IMG/VR virus record: IMGVR_UViG_3300045988_014525
From: a virus
Reading direction: 5' to 3' (one strand)
DNA length: 64,000 bases
Position numbers and translations under genes: made by a program. Under the pieces are notes generated by a model. That model saw nothing but the letters and a program-made list of their open reading frames with translations, was not told where the DNA came from and ran no database searches. This document shows, one piece after another, positions 1 to 8,888 of this stretch; positions within the stretch are counted from its first letter, which is position 1; the number at the start of each line of letters is the position of its first letter.

Positions 1-2328
1 GTTAATACGATTACCATTCTGAGTCATATCACCAGTATTAATCATAAACTCAACATTCTCACTAGCAGCATTAATATGGTTATCTGCAATATTCTTAGCA
101 GCTATTTTCCATACTTGATATTCATCCCAATTGAAACCTTGTTGATCAGATGTTTGTAAGAACGTCCATTTGTTCTGAATATTAACAGCATCTTTAATAG
201 TGAACTTATAAGTAGGACTTTTATAACTAGAATCACTCATACGTTCAATATAGTATTCATAGTCTCCTGCTGACAATTCAGTTAACACAACTTTATGAGA
301 AGTAAAAGGAGTACCATCAGTAGTAATTGCACGAATACGATTATAATACTTACGAACACCAGTTTCATCTTTAAATGATTCAATACCTGTCCAACCATTA
401 GCTCCTACTTTTCTATAATAAAGCATTTCATCATAGTATCCAACAGATACCCAATTAAAGCAACGACTAGCATTAGGAGCTGTACCTCGACGACCTAATG
501 TCATAGTTACTTTATTAGGTTTAGCAGAATCTAACAAAGTCTTGTTGAAGAATATATTCTTATTTTCAAATGAAGCACGAGGAACATACTTATCAACAGT
601 AGGAATAACATTAGCTTCTAGATTAATGAAGTACATATCATTAGCGTTATTTCTAGCACTAAGAGCTTTAGTAGCTTGATTAACAGGATCCATAGTATAA
701 TACTTAGTGAATAAGTAATTACTAGTTAGATAACCATAAGCAGTATTCTCAGCAGCATCTACTTTATCTGCGTCACCAGCATTAAGTATTTGTAAGCCTA
801 CGAGATCAATATATCCTTTAGATACCCTTATGGGGGTGGTCGCATTATTATATGGATTAGCAACACTAGATGGAGTAGTTCCCCAAGTTAAGAAGAATTT
901 AGCTTTACGATTATCAAATTTAATAAGTTTACCATCGCTAGCTATCCACTCCATATCAAAGGTTTTAACTTTAATACGAGTAGTATTAACATCCATAACT
1001 GAACATTGAGCACCACGAATAAGGAATGTAGAACCTGCTTTTATCTCCCCCCATAAAGGAAGTGTTTCCCAATCTCCACCCTCTGTACCATACTGTAATG
1101 ATAATCCTTTTAGAGATACATCTTTACCAGTAAGATTACTAAGTTCAACGAAGTTATGAGAACACGGATTATAACTATATTCATCACTAGTAATACCTCC
1201 GCAATATAAAGAATTTATATATAGTTTTTGAAGATATAAACTAGTAACATAAACCCAACCAGTATTAGGATCTTCTTGACCACCAGTAGGTTCAGCTTGA
1301 TCAGTATCAAGTTCTTTCTTATAAACAACAAGTTGTCCATTGTTGTTTACTTTAACTCGATAGATTTGACCACTAGGAGCAATCAAACCAATAGTATCAA
1401 GTTTATCGAGAGCTTCGTAATCAATGCTACCTCCACCTCCGCTACCTCCACTACCAGTAAGATTAACAGGTTCTCCGTTTATCTTAGTATATAAACGTTT
1501 AACATCTATGGCAAGAAGAAGTTCGTATTCAACAAACTTCTGAAAGTTAGCTTGTATTTCAGCTAATGTACCATAGTGTCCACAAACAGCTTTAGTAGTT
1601 GGTTCAAAGCCCTCAGCAGTCGGTTCTAGACTATTAGCAATACGGTTGACATTACGAAGAACAATGTTCATCTTTTCACTTGGAGCAACACTAGGATCAA
1701 CAGGCTCATACTTACTAAGTAGAGTACTAGTTACAGTATTGCTAACATGTCCTGGAGTAATAATCAAATCTCTTTGACGAACAATAGTATCCAAATAGTT
1801 TTGGATACTTTGTATTGCTTCTATAACAGAAGCAAGATCATCATTACCAACAACACCTGCTTCTTTGCCAGACGTATCTATCCAAAGAGCATCTTTATTA
1901 ATAGGAGGAGTATCTTGTGCGATAACAGCTTCTACAGTTTTATTAATAACTTCGTCACGTAGATCACTAACTTCTTTGTTAGTATTTTCAATAGTAGTAT
2001 TTACTTCTTCGAATTTATCATCTACGTCTACGAATTTATCATCTATTTCTTTCTTATTATAATAATCAGAAAGATCAGCACTTAATTGTTTAAGTACTAA
2101 ATGTTTGTTTTCAATACCTCCTTTGAACCAATATTCTTCAATTACATTTCCTTCTTTTCTAATACCTACGGTTAAACCTACCGCACGGGTAGGTTTAGTT
2201 AACGCAGATAATGCTTGACCAATATCGTCATAAGGACCATATTTAGCATCTAAATTAGGATACAAATTGAATTGTTCGTCAGTAGCATTGTTAACAATAA
2301 GTTGTCCAACAACAATTCCTTGTTTCAT
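1..2328 (-). CDS. Tail fibre/spike-like protein, C-terminus cut by window edge (fibre-anchor N-domain, Gly linker, lamin-tail-domain-like segment, start of metallophosphoesterase-like domain)
   Basis: Absent from the ORF track because no stop lies in the window. My translation from ATG 2328-2326 (MKQGIVVGQLIVNNATDEQFNLYPNLDAKYGPY...) stays open to position 1 (776 codons). The N-terminal ~78 aa align with the 2947..5769 product. NFVELSNLTGKDVSLKGLSLQY...GEIKAGSTFLIRG is LTD-like. FMINTGDMTQNGN at the edge resembles phosphoesterase motifs. Confidence 0.7.
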   Translation of the reverse strand, partial: MKQGIVVGQLIVNNATDEQFNLYPNLDAKYGPYDDIGQALSALTKPTRAVGLTVGIRKEGNVIEEYWFKGGIENKHLVLKQLSADLSDYYNKKEIDDKFVDVDDKFEEVNTTIENTNKEVSDLRDEVINKTVEAVIAQDTPPINKDALWIDTSGKEAGVVGNDDLASVIEAIQSIQNYLDTIVRQRDLIITPGHVSNTVTSTLLSKYEPVDPSVAPSEKMNIVLRNVNRIANSLEPTAEGFEPTTKAVCGHYGTLAEIQANFQKFVEYELLLAIDVKRLYTKINGEPVNLTGSGGSGGGGSIDYEALDKLDTIGLIAPSGQIYRVKVNNNGQLVVYKKELDTDQAEPTGGQEDPNTGWVYVTSLYLQKLYINSLYCGGITSDEYSYNPCSHNFVELSNLTGKDVSLKGLSLQYGTEGGDWETLPLWGEIKAGSTFLIRGAQCSVMDVNTTRIKVKTFDMEWIASDGKLIKFDNRKAKFFLTWGTTPSSVANPYNNATTPIRVSKGYIDLVGLQILNAGDADKVDAAENTAYGYLTSNYLFTKYYTMDPVNQATKALSARNNANDMYFINLEANVIPTVDKYVPRASFENKNIFFNKTLLDSAKPNKVTMTLGRRGTAPNASRCFNWVSVGYYDEMLYYRKVGANGWTGIESFKDETGVRKYYNRIRAITTDGTPFTSHKVVLTELSAGDYEYYIERMSDSSYKSPTYKFTIKDAVNIQNKWTFLQTSDQQGFNWDEYQVWKIAAKNIADNHINAASENVEFMINTGDMTQNGNRIN
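825..839 (-). repeat. GC motif, degenerate copy
   Basis: cccttatgggggtgg (TAT in place of TAC). Translated as TTPIR. Confidence 0.35.
1045..1062 (+). repeat. GC motif, degenerate copy
   Basis: ctccccccataaaggaag (CAT in place of CGT). Antisense to the gene; translated as LPLWGE. Confidence 0.4.
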
Positions 2329-2349
2329 ATTTATTCGTCATTCATTATT

Positions 2350-2889
2350 TTAACCATTGTAAACGGTAGGATCGCCATAAAAATCATTAGTCAATTGCCA
2401 TATGCAATTAACAATATCTATTCCATTATCGAAACCCACTAATTTAAGACATCCATGTCCCAAACCTGTTATAATATAAGATAACACTGCTCCATAAGTA
2501 GTAATTTTAAGTTTATCACTATCCATTGAGTCTTTGAAAAGTATCCTATCTCTGTCTCCATTTACATGGAACTTTAAAACAGGAGCAGACCTAGTTGTTA
2601 AGTATGGAATCAATATTGTCTTAGTATAACCATATGGAACTTGTGGAAGATAGATATTAGTACTATTAGTAAGATAGGCTTTATCCAATTGATTAGACAT
2701 TATATCTCCATTAGCTTGAATTATGATATTCTTATCAGCTAACCAACCACTTCCATCTTTGTTGAAGTGATGTTTACCACCACCGAACCAAGCGTTACCA
2801 TTAGCGAAATCAATACAGATATTAGGCTTGAAAGCATTACTTTCTGCATACGGGTCATTCGGATTAAAATCTTCATAATTAGTAGCCAT
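2350..2889 (-). CDS. Hypothetical tail-associated protein (179 aa)
   Basis: ORF track; ATG verified at 2889-2887. Lies between two fibre genes and is preceded by a G8 tract on its sense strand. Confidence 0.6.
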   Translation of the reverse strand: MATNYEDFNPNDPYAESNAFKPNICIDFANGNAWFGGGKHHFNKDGSGWLADKNIIIQANGDIMSNQLDKAYLTNSTNIYLPQVPYGYTKTILIPYLTTRSAPVLKFHVNGDRDRILFKDSMDSDKLKITTYGAVLSYIITGLGHGCLKLVGFDNGIDIVNCIWQLTNDFYGDPTVYNG

Positions 2890-2946
2890 AGCTTACCCCC
2901 CCCACAAATATAAATATTCATAATAGTATTCATAATAGTATTCGTT

Positions 2947-5769
2947 TTACATTAATTCTAAATGTTTACTTTGTAATCTATAACCACCGGGAGGATAAGG
3001 CATTGTATTAACTGTACGTTTTTCAAATGCAGCTATATTTTCAATAATATAACAATATGCCGTTTCATCAGTAACACCACCATTACCTGAATTAAAATTT
3101 TCAATAGAAAATATAGATAAATCTAAAGTAGCAGCAGAACCAAGAATAACTCCCTCAGAAGTTGCCATTCCCCAATTACTTGGGTCTTTAATAGCTTGAT
3201 CTTCTGTTTCACCGGAAAGATAAAGACCTGTATAATAGAAATGATTAATAAAAGATTCTTCTCCAAGATAAACAGCTATTGGATTCAAAGACATATTTAC
3301 TATTTTAATCTTTCCCCAATACTTAGTACTAGTATCTTCTCCATATATTGGAAGATGAATATTAATACTACATTTATTTTGATCAGATAAATCAGAACCA
3401 GTTATAACAATATAAGTATTTTCAGAAGGATCTAATTGATAAATATAATTAGTATCTGTTCTTAAATCTACAAAAAGATATTTATTAAGTACTTGTTGAG
3501 ATACTTCTCCTTTTACCATTTTAACATCACCAGTAGCAAAGTTAACTTGATAATTAGGTGTAAAATTCTCAGTACCAAAGTTTTCATATGCAGTAGTAGC
3601 TACACCATTAGCATCAACTCCTTGTTGACTAAACATATAGTCACCATTGAATACAGCACTACCAATAAGACCATTAGCTATGATACCGATCTTAGTATAT
3701 ATAGCTTCGTAACCTTCGAACTTAATCCAAAATCTTTGATTATTAGCAACAGAAGCACTAGGAGTACTATAAACTTGATCAGTACCTTTCCATGGGCCTT
3801 CATAATTAAGAACATAGAAATTACCATCAGCAGGGTCATATACATAAGGAGCTTTATATTCATCAGAAGTATAAGACTTAGTAGAATCGTAAATACCCTG
3901 AGGATAGATAATCTGATTATGTCCATCAGAACCCGGAAGTCCATTTGTTCCAGTAAGTTTAAAAGGAGTACTCCAATCTAATTCAAGAGAACCAACTTTA
4001 TCTTCATTATCTGAATAATGAATACGAGTTTGAATACACCATATATAAAGTTTCTCTTCCGTAGGAACAGGAACTTCTAATGACCAACCAGTAGGAGTAC
4101 GTTGTTTAGCAATAGTTGAATTAAACGTAGCATCCGGATTAATATCAGTTCCTAGAGAATATCTAGCTTCAATAGAAATTCCCGGAAGTCCATCAATACC
4201 ATTACTACCATTTACTCCATCTCTACCAGCAGGACCGGTATCACCTTTCTTACCAGCTTCGCCAGTAATACATACAGGATCTTCCCAATATCCTTCAATA
4301 GCATTACTAGGAAGAATAGTTGCTTTAGTCATCCACATATAAGGGGATTCAGTAGTAAGAGTTGGAAACTCAACAGTCCAAGCAGCACCCGGATTTCTAT
4401 CTGATCTAGCAATACTAGGATGTTCTGTTGCACTAGAAGAACTAGCAAATCTAAACTCAGTATGTTTACCATCTTGAGCATCTCCATCTCTACCATTGAC
4501 TGGAATGACATCAGACCAACTAACTACTTTATTAGAAGAACCATCAACAGTACCAATACATTGCCACCATTGTCCATCATTAGAATCCGGACTATCTTTC
4601 CAACCAGCAGGAATTAATTCTTGACTAGTAGGTTTAGCAGGAATAGTAGCAGACTTAGCATAGATATAAGTTTTCCAATTAGGAACTGTACCATCTGTAC
4701 CATTAGTACCATCAGCTCCCGGTTTTCCACTCATAAGTACAGGACCTGCCCAATTACTTGCAAGAGTTCCATCAATATTAATCTGAGCAAATATTCCCCA
4801 AACAGCACCGCTACCACTAGGAATAGTAGTAGACCAAGCAGAACCGGGATTAATATTATCTTCATCAAACGGAGGAGCGTTAACATAATCAATAGTTTTT
4901 TGGTACATCATACGAACTCCAACACCTGATTGTCCATCTTCTGCATTAATACGAATAGGAGCACTCCATTGACCTTCGAGTTTACCGTCATTAAACATTC
5001 CAATAGTCATCCAAAGATATTGTCCTTTATCCATTGTAGGAACAATATCAGACCACTCTGAACCGGGATCGTTAGCATTACGATTAATAGCAGGTGCATC
5101 ACTAGGAGATGTATTAACTGCATATTTGAAATTATAATATTTTCCAGCAACACCATCTTCACCAGTGCATTTAATAGGAGTAGACCAACTTGTTACTTTA
5201 CCTGTTGCACCACGTACTTCACCAACTGACATCCACCAAATACCAACAGCTGTTGGAACATCTGACCATCCTGTTGGAACGATATCTTCCCCCGTAGGAG
5301 GGTCTGGTTGTGTAGCAGATTGTTTAAAAACAAATGTCTTCCAATTAGGAACAGTACCTGCTTCACCTGCTGGAATACCAAACTCTAAATCATATAACGG
5401 AGTACCGGATTCATCAGCTCCTTTATATACTACTTCAGCAGTAGGAGCTGCACCTTCGGGAAGAGCTAAAGCAATAGCTTTATCAAACTTTGGAGTCTTA
5501 CCTGCTTCTCCACCTCCACCGCCACTTCCGTTATTCTTAACGACAAGATCAGCATCTCTTACACCACCGTTGAACCAAAATTCTTGTATCGTACTATTCA
5601 CTCGAATACCTACTGTTAGACCAATAGCACGTAATTCATTAGGAATATTAGAAAGAGCTTCGGCAATAGAACTGTAAGGGCCATACTTAAAGTCAAGATT
5701 AGGATACGGTTTAAAATCTTTATCAGTTGCATTGTTATTAATCAACTGACCAACAGTAATTACATTCAT
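2947..5769 (-). CDS. Tail fibre protein with six tandem ~70-80 aa repeats joined by collagen-like G-x-x stretches (940 aa)
   Basis: ORF track; ATG verified. Collagen-like GPAGRDGVNGSNGIDGLPG. Recurring module ...P.GW.D.P....W.......G....WS.PI...G.DG. N-terminus shared with the 1..2328 product. Confidence 0.8.
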   Translation of the reverse strand: MNVITVGQLINNNATDKDFKPYPNLDFKYGPYSSIAEALSNIPNELRAIGLTVGIRVNSTIQEFWFNGGVRDADLVVKNNGSGGGGGEAGKTPKFDKAIALALPEGAAPTAEVVYKGADESGTPLYDLEFGIPAGEAGTVPNWKTFVFKQSATQPDPPTGEDIVPTGWSDVPTAVGIWWMSVGEVRGATGKVTSWSTPIKCTGEDGVAGKYYNFKYAVNTSPSDAPAINRNANDPGSEWSDIVPTMDKGQYLWMTIGMFNDGKLEGQWSAPIRINAEDGQSGVGVRMMYQKTIDYVNAPPFDEDNINPGSAWSTTIPSGSGAVWGIFAQINIDGTLASNWAGPVLMSGKPGADGTNGTDGTVPNWKTYIYAKSATIPAKPTSQELIPAGWKDSPDSNDGQWWQCIGTVDGSSNKVVSWSDVIPVNGRDGDAQDGKHTEFRFASSSSATEHPSIARSDRNPGAAWTVEFPTLTTESPYMWMTKATILPSNAIEGYWEDPVCITGEAGKKGDTGPAGRDGVNGSNGIDGLPGISIEARYSLGTDINPDATFNSTIAKQRTPTGWSLEVPVPTEEKLYIWCIQTRIHYSDNEDKVGSLELDWSTPFKLTGTNGLPGSDGHNQIIYPQGIYDSTKSYTSDEYKAPYVYDPADGNFYVLNYEGPWKGTDQVYSTPSASVANNQRFWIKFEGYEAIYTKIGIIANGLIGSAVFNGDYMFSQQGVDANGVATTAYENFGTENFTPNYQVNFATGDVKMVKGEVSQQVLNKYLFVDLRTDTNYIYQLDPSENTYIVITGSDLSDQNKCSINIHLPIYGEDTSTKYWGKIKIVNMSLNPIAVYLGEESFINHFYYTGLYLSGETEDQAIKDPSNWGMATSEGVILGSAATLDLSIFSIENFNSGNGGVTDETAYCYIIENIAAFEKRTVNTMPYPPGGYRLQSKHLELM
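5286..5302 (+). repeat. GC motif copy
   Basis: cttcccccgtaggaggg. The gene reads PPTGED. Confidence 0.8.
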
Positions 5770-5770
5770 A

Positions 5771-6424
5771 TTATCTTATACTAAAATTAAGTTTAATATC
5801 TTCTTTAAAACTTCCCATAGGAGAATAGAAAAAGTAAACAGTATAATGAATACCATCGACTACTTCATTATTAATCATTCTACGATAAGCACCATCAGCA
5901 GGAGCAACTTCTTTCCATAATGTGGTAGTTAGAACATCTCCAAATTCAGAGTTATCAAGAGAAACACTATCGGGAACAATAACAAAATGAATACTTTGTT
6001 CTTGTTTAATAATGACACTTTGATTTTCTTCATCTCGAATATCTAAAGCAACATGAGGAAGAGCAATAATATCTGCAACACTCATCTCTTTAAATGTAAG
6101 AGGTGGAATATTAGTATGACCAATATATACATTAATTGGTTTAGCTTCAATTGCTTCTTTACATTCTAATCGTAGCTGAGCTATAATATAATTAATAAGA
6201 AGATCAGCTTTCTTCTCTTCTCCTAATTGATAAGCAGCACAAGCAGCTTGAAACATATTCCAACAATTAATAACTTGACGATTAACTCCTTTACAAGTAG
6301 AAGTACAATCTTTGATCAAGTCAATACCTAAGTCGGAAACCATAATCAACAACTTAGTATATACACAGTTGTATTTAAAAGGAACAGTAAGATACACATA
6401 AGTACCATCTTCGTTTTGTATCAT
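5771..6424 (-). CDS. Hypothetical virion/tail protein (217 aa)
   Basis: The track ORF 5771..6430 starts at TTG. The ATG two codons downstream (6424) forms an ATGA overlap with the stop of the upstream ORF. Confidence 0.6.
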   Translation of the reverse strand: MIQNEDGTYVYLTVPFKYNCVYTKLLIMVSDLGIDLIKDCTSTCKGVNRQVINCWNMFQAACAAYQLGEEKKADLLINYIIAQLRLECKEAIEAKPINVYIGHTNIPPLTFKEMSVADIIALPHVALDIRDEENQSVIIKQEQSIHFVIVPDSVSLDNSEFGDVLTTTLWKEVAPADGAYRRMINNEVVDGIHYTVYFFYSPMGSFKEDIKLNFSIR

Positions 6425-6636
6425 AAGCAAACTAATTTAGAATACATTTCATTTACGTTTTCTTTTTGTTCTTTGGATAAATCCTCGTACACATTTTGCA
6501 TATGCTGTAAAACAATGCAGCAGTAGTATATACAAATATCGTCATTATTAACGACATATCCAAGAGAACTGAGATGTGCCATTTGCACACCTCGTTCTAT
6601 TGATTCATCAATAACTCTTTCAAAATTAACTTTCAT
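6421..6636 (-). CDS. Hypothetical small protein (71 aa)
   Basis: ORF track; ATG verified. Start and stop are coupled to the neighbouring genes. Confidence 0.5.
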   Translation of the reverse strand: MKVNFERVIDESIERGVQMAHLSSLGYVVNNDDICIYYCCIVLQHMQNVYEDLSKEQKENVNEMYSKLVCL

Positions 6637-7226
6637 TATTTTAATGTGTTATTCGTTATATAAGTAATGTAAGACTGAAATTTAATGTTCAACTTGTTAC
6701 TAAAACTAAGTATCTTATCTTCTTTGCTAAGACTAGCATTATAAATAATCTCAATAATTGATTTTTCAATAACAGCCATCCATTGCTTTTGCATAAAGTC
6801 AGAAGGTTTAGCGCCATTGATCTTATACATAGATAAAGTAGAAAATACCGTATAATATTCAGCATTTATAATGTTATGAATATTAGACAGTATATTATCT
6901 TTATTAGTATCAATATGATTATTAATAATAGTAGTAGAAACAAAAGAAATAATTCGCATAGCAGAAGCATACATTGAATCTTCAATAGCAGCCTTACACT
7001 TATCCTTATCTTTATTGACTATATTCTTCGTAATATCAGTTACGAACGTAGATAACTCAAGTAGCGACAACGATAGTTTATCAAGTGTTGTACTTACTTT
7101 AATTACAAACTTTTCTGAATCAGACTTCTTACGATTGTCTAGCCATTTATAGAGAAGTAAGAATATAGCAACTACGACTACGGATGCTATACCTTGACTA
7201 AGCGCAGATTCTAATATTTCTTTCAT
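6636..7226 (-). CDS. Hypothetical protein with N-terminal transmembrane helix (196 aa)
   Basis: The track ORF starts at GTG 7250. The first ATG is at 7226 (MKEILESALSQGIASVVVVAIFLLLYKWL...), giving a hydrophobic N-terminal segment. Confidence 0.55.
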   Translation of the reverse strand: MKEILESALSQGIASVVVVAIFLLLYKWLDNRKKSDSEKFVIKVSTTLDKLSLSLLELSTFVTDITKNIVNKDKDKCKAAIEDSMYASAMRIISFVSTTIINNHIDTNKDNILSNIHNIINAEYYTVFSTLSMYKINGAKPSDFMQKQWMAVIEKSIIEIIYNASLSKEDKILSFSNKLNIKFQSYITYITNNTLK

Positions 7227-7239
7227 GATGTAAATGAAT

Positions 7240-7281
7240 AAAGGGATCACTATTAGTAATTAGACCAATAGCAATCCCTTT
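7240..7281 (-). terminator. Long hairpin downstream of the 298-aa gene (terminator/attenuator candidate)
   Basis: Minus strand reads AAAGGGAT-TG-CTATT...AATAG-TG-ATCCCTTT followed by ATTCATTT. The outer stem is 8 bp and the inner stem 5 bp. Confidence 0.45.
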
Positions 7282-7322
7282 AATTAATATTTAGCTTTTT
7301 GTTATACTGCTGGGTCTGGAGC

Positions 7323-8219
7323 TTATCCCTCAGAAGTAACAGGTTGACTGTCAACTGAAGAAAGAGCAGTGAAGATTTTATCAAGAGTAGCTATTGATGC
7401 AGAACCAGTAGGAACAGCAAGATAAACAATACTCTTAACGTTTTCAGTATTACCACTTCTAAGATTACGGGAATTGTAGAATGTCAAAGCGTAAGTTGTC
7501 CAGCCTGTCGCACTCGAACGAACAGGAAGTTTGTACAGCTGAATAGCATCACGTTCAGTAGCATTGATACCTTCTGCACCAATACAACGAAGTTGCAATT
7601 CTTTCAAGAATGCATCATCGTTAATAGGAGCAACACCTTTAGTATTAACTGTAACCGTAGCACCAAATAGTTTATCACCTACAACAACATTCCAATTCTG
7701 ATAATCTTTAGCAGTAATAGTAATCTTAGCAGCCGAAGCAGTAGCAGTAAATCCTTCGTTCTTACCAAGAGCTTTAAGTTCATCTGCTAAACGTTTTGCA
7801 ACAGTAGTAGCAGTATCTCCTTCTGTGGCACGAGTAGAAGAACTCCATTTATAACGTTCATTAAGAACAGTTCCCGGTTTTACCATAGTAATGGTATAAT
7901 CCTTATCCTTTACGGGGGTGGGAACAGTAATATCAACACTTAGATTAGTACCTGCTGCATATTCTGTCTTTGCATACTCAAAGCGATAAGTGTCTATATC
8001 GAGAACACTATTGTAATAATCGCTAGCATTAGCAAAAGCTCCGCCACCTATAAATATAGAGAAGCGAGGAATACGTCTAGCAGGAGCATCTGTAATAACC
8101 GCACCAGTATCATCATACAATGCGATTGCACCTTCCGCAATACCAGCTTCACCTATCTCGTTAATACTAGCAGGAGTAGTGGCAAGAGCGACGTTTTTAG
8201 CGAAAAGAAGTCTTTCCAT
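7323..8219 (-). CDS. Abundant virion protein candidate (auxiliary capsid/decoration-type; function unassigned, 298 aa)
   Basis: ORF track; ATG verified. Codon usage is visibly GC-richer than the neighbours, and a hairpin follows. Lies in the capsid module downstream of the MCP candidate. Confidence 0.6.
   Translation of the reverse strand: MERLLFAKNVALATTPASINEIGEAGIAEGAIALYDDTGAVITDAPARRIPRFSIFIGGGAFANASDYYNSVLDIDTYRFEYAKTEYAAGTNLSVDITVPTPVKDKDYTITMVKPGTVLNERYKWSSSTRATEGDTATTVAKRLADELKALGKNEGFTATASAAKITITAKDYQNWNVVVGDKLFGATVTVNTKGVAPINDDAFLKELQLRCIGAEGINATERDAIQLYKLPVRSSATGWTTYALTFYNSRNLRSGNTENVKSIVYLAVPTGSASIATLDKIFTALSSVDSQPVTSEG
7906..7922 (-). repeat. GC motif copy
   Basis: tcctttacgggggtggg. 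The gene reads PTPVKD. Confidence 0.85.
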
Positions 8220-8220
8220 A

Positions 8221-8880
8221 TTATTCTAATTTAGATAATTCATTTGAAACTCTCTCGTAACTATCATTATTAGAGATAGCATTATAAGTATTAACTGCTC
8301 GTTCAATAACTTTCTGCATAGCTATATCGGATAGTTCATTAGTAGTATCTGTTTCAAGATTAACAAGAGTAGGATATTTAATATAAGTTACTACAAACTT
8401 ACTTATATCAAAGTTTCCAATAACTTCAATACCATCTTCTAGTTTATAACAAATAGGACTAACTGCAACTGATTTACTATGATAATCATTTTGAGTTTGA
8501 GGAACATAATCAATTTCAATCAATCGACATTTTGCTAGCACCTCCCCCGTAAGGGAGCTAACAGATATCAAATACATTATCTGTGGAATAAACACAGTAG
8601 TATTAATTCGATAACCTTTACCAAAAGTAATATCTGTTTTTCTAGGACTAACAATAGGACGATTAACTAACAAAGGATCAAGTTCGTTAAGTCTTATAAC
8701 ATTATCAGAGATACCATCGAGTTCGCGATTGCCTTTACGAGAGAATATATCTCTAACATAATTAATACTTTCAGTATTAATCAGTTCATCAATTTGTTCA
8801 GGAAGTATTGCCCGAACAGTTTTCATTCCCATTTGTTGTGCAAGTAGCACGAACCGATCATGTATCTCTGTAATCTTCAT
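8221..8880 (-). CDS. Hypothetical head-module protein (219 aa)
   Basis: ORF track; ATG verified. Tightly packed within the capsid module. Confidence 0.6.
   Translation of the reverse strand: MKITEIHDRFVLLAQQMGMKTVRAILPEQIDELINTESINYVRDIFSRKGNRELDGISDNVIRLNELDPLLVNRPIVSPRKTDITFGKGYRINTTVFIPQIMYLISVSSLTGEVLAKCRLIEIDYVPQTQNDYHSKSVAVSPICYKLEDGIEVIGNFDISKFVVTYIKYPTLVNLETDTTNELSDIAMQKVIERAVNTYNAISNNDSYERVSNELSKLE
8541..8557 (+). repeat. GC motif copy
   Basis: cctcccccgtaagggag. The gene reads SLTGEV. Confidence 0.8.
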
Positions 8881-8888
8881 AACAATAG

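Noticed and set aside
2174-2196. 9-bp perfect hairpin AAACCTACC-gcacg-GGTAGGTTT inside the fibre N-terminal coding region
   Set aside because: It is striking in an AT-rich gene, but it is a single occurrence, is absent from the paralogous N-module at about 5620, and is explained by the codons for KPTRAVGL. No function is proposed.
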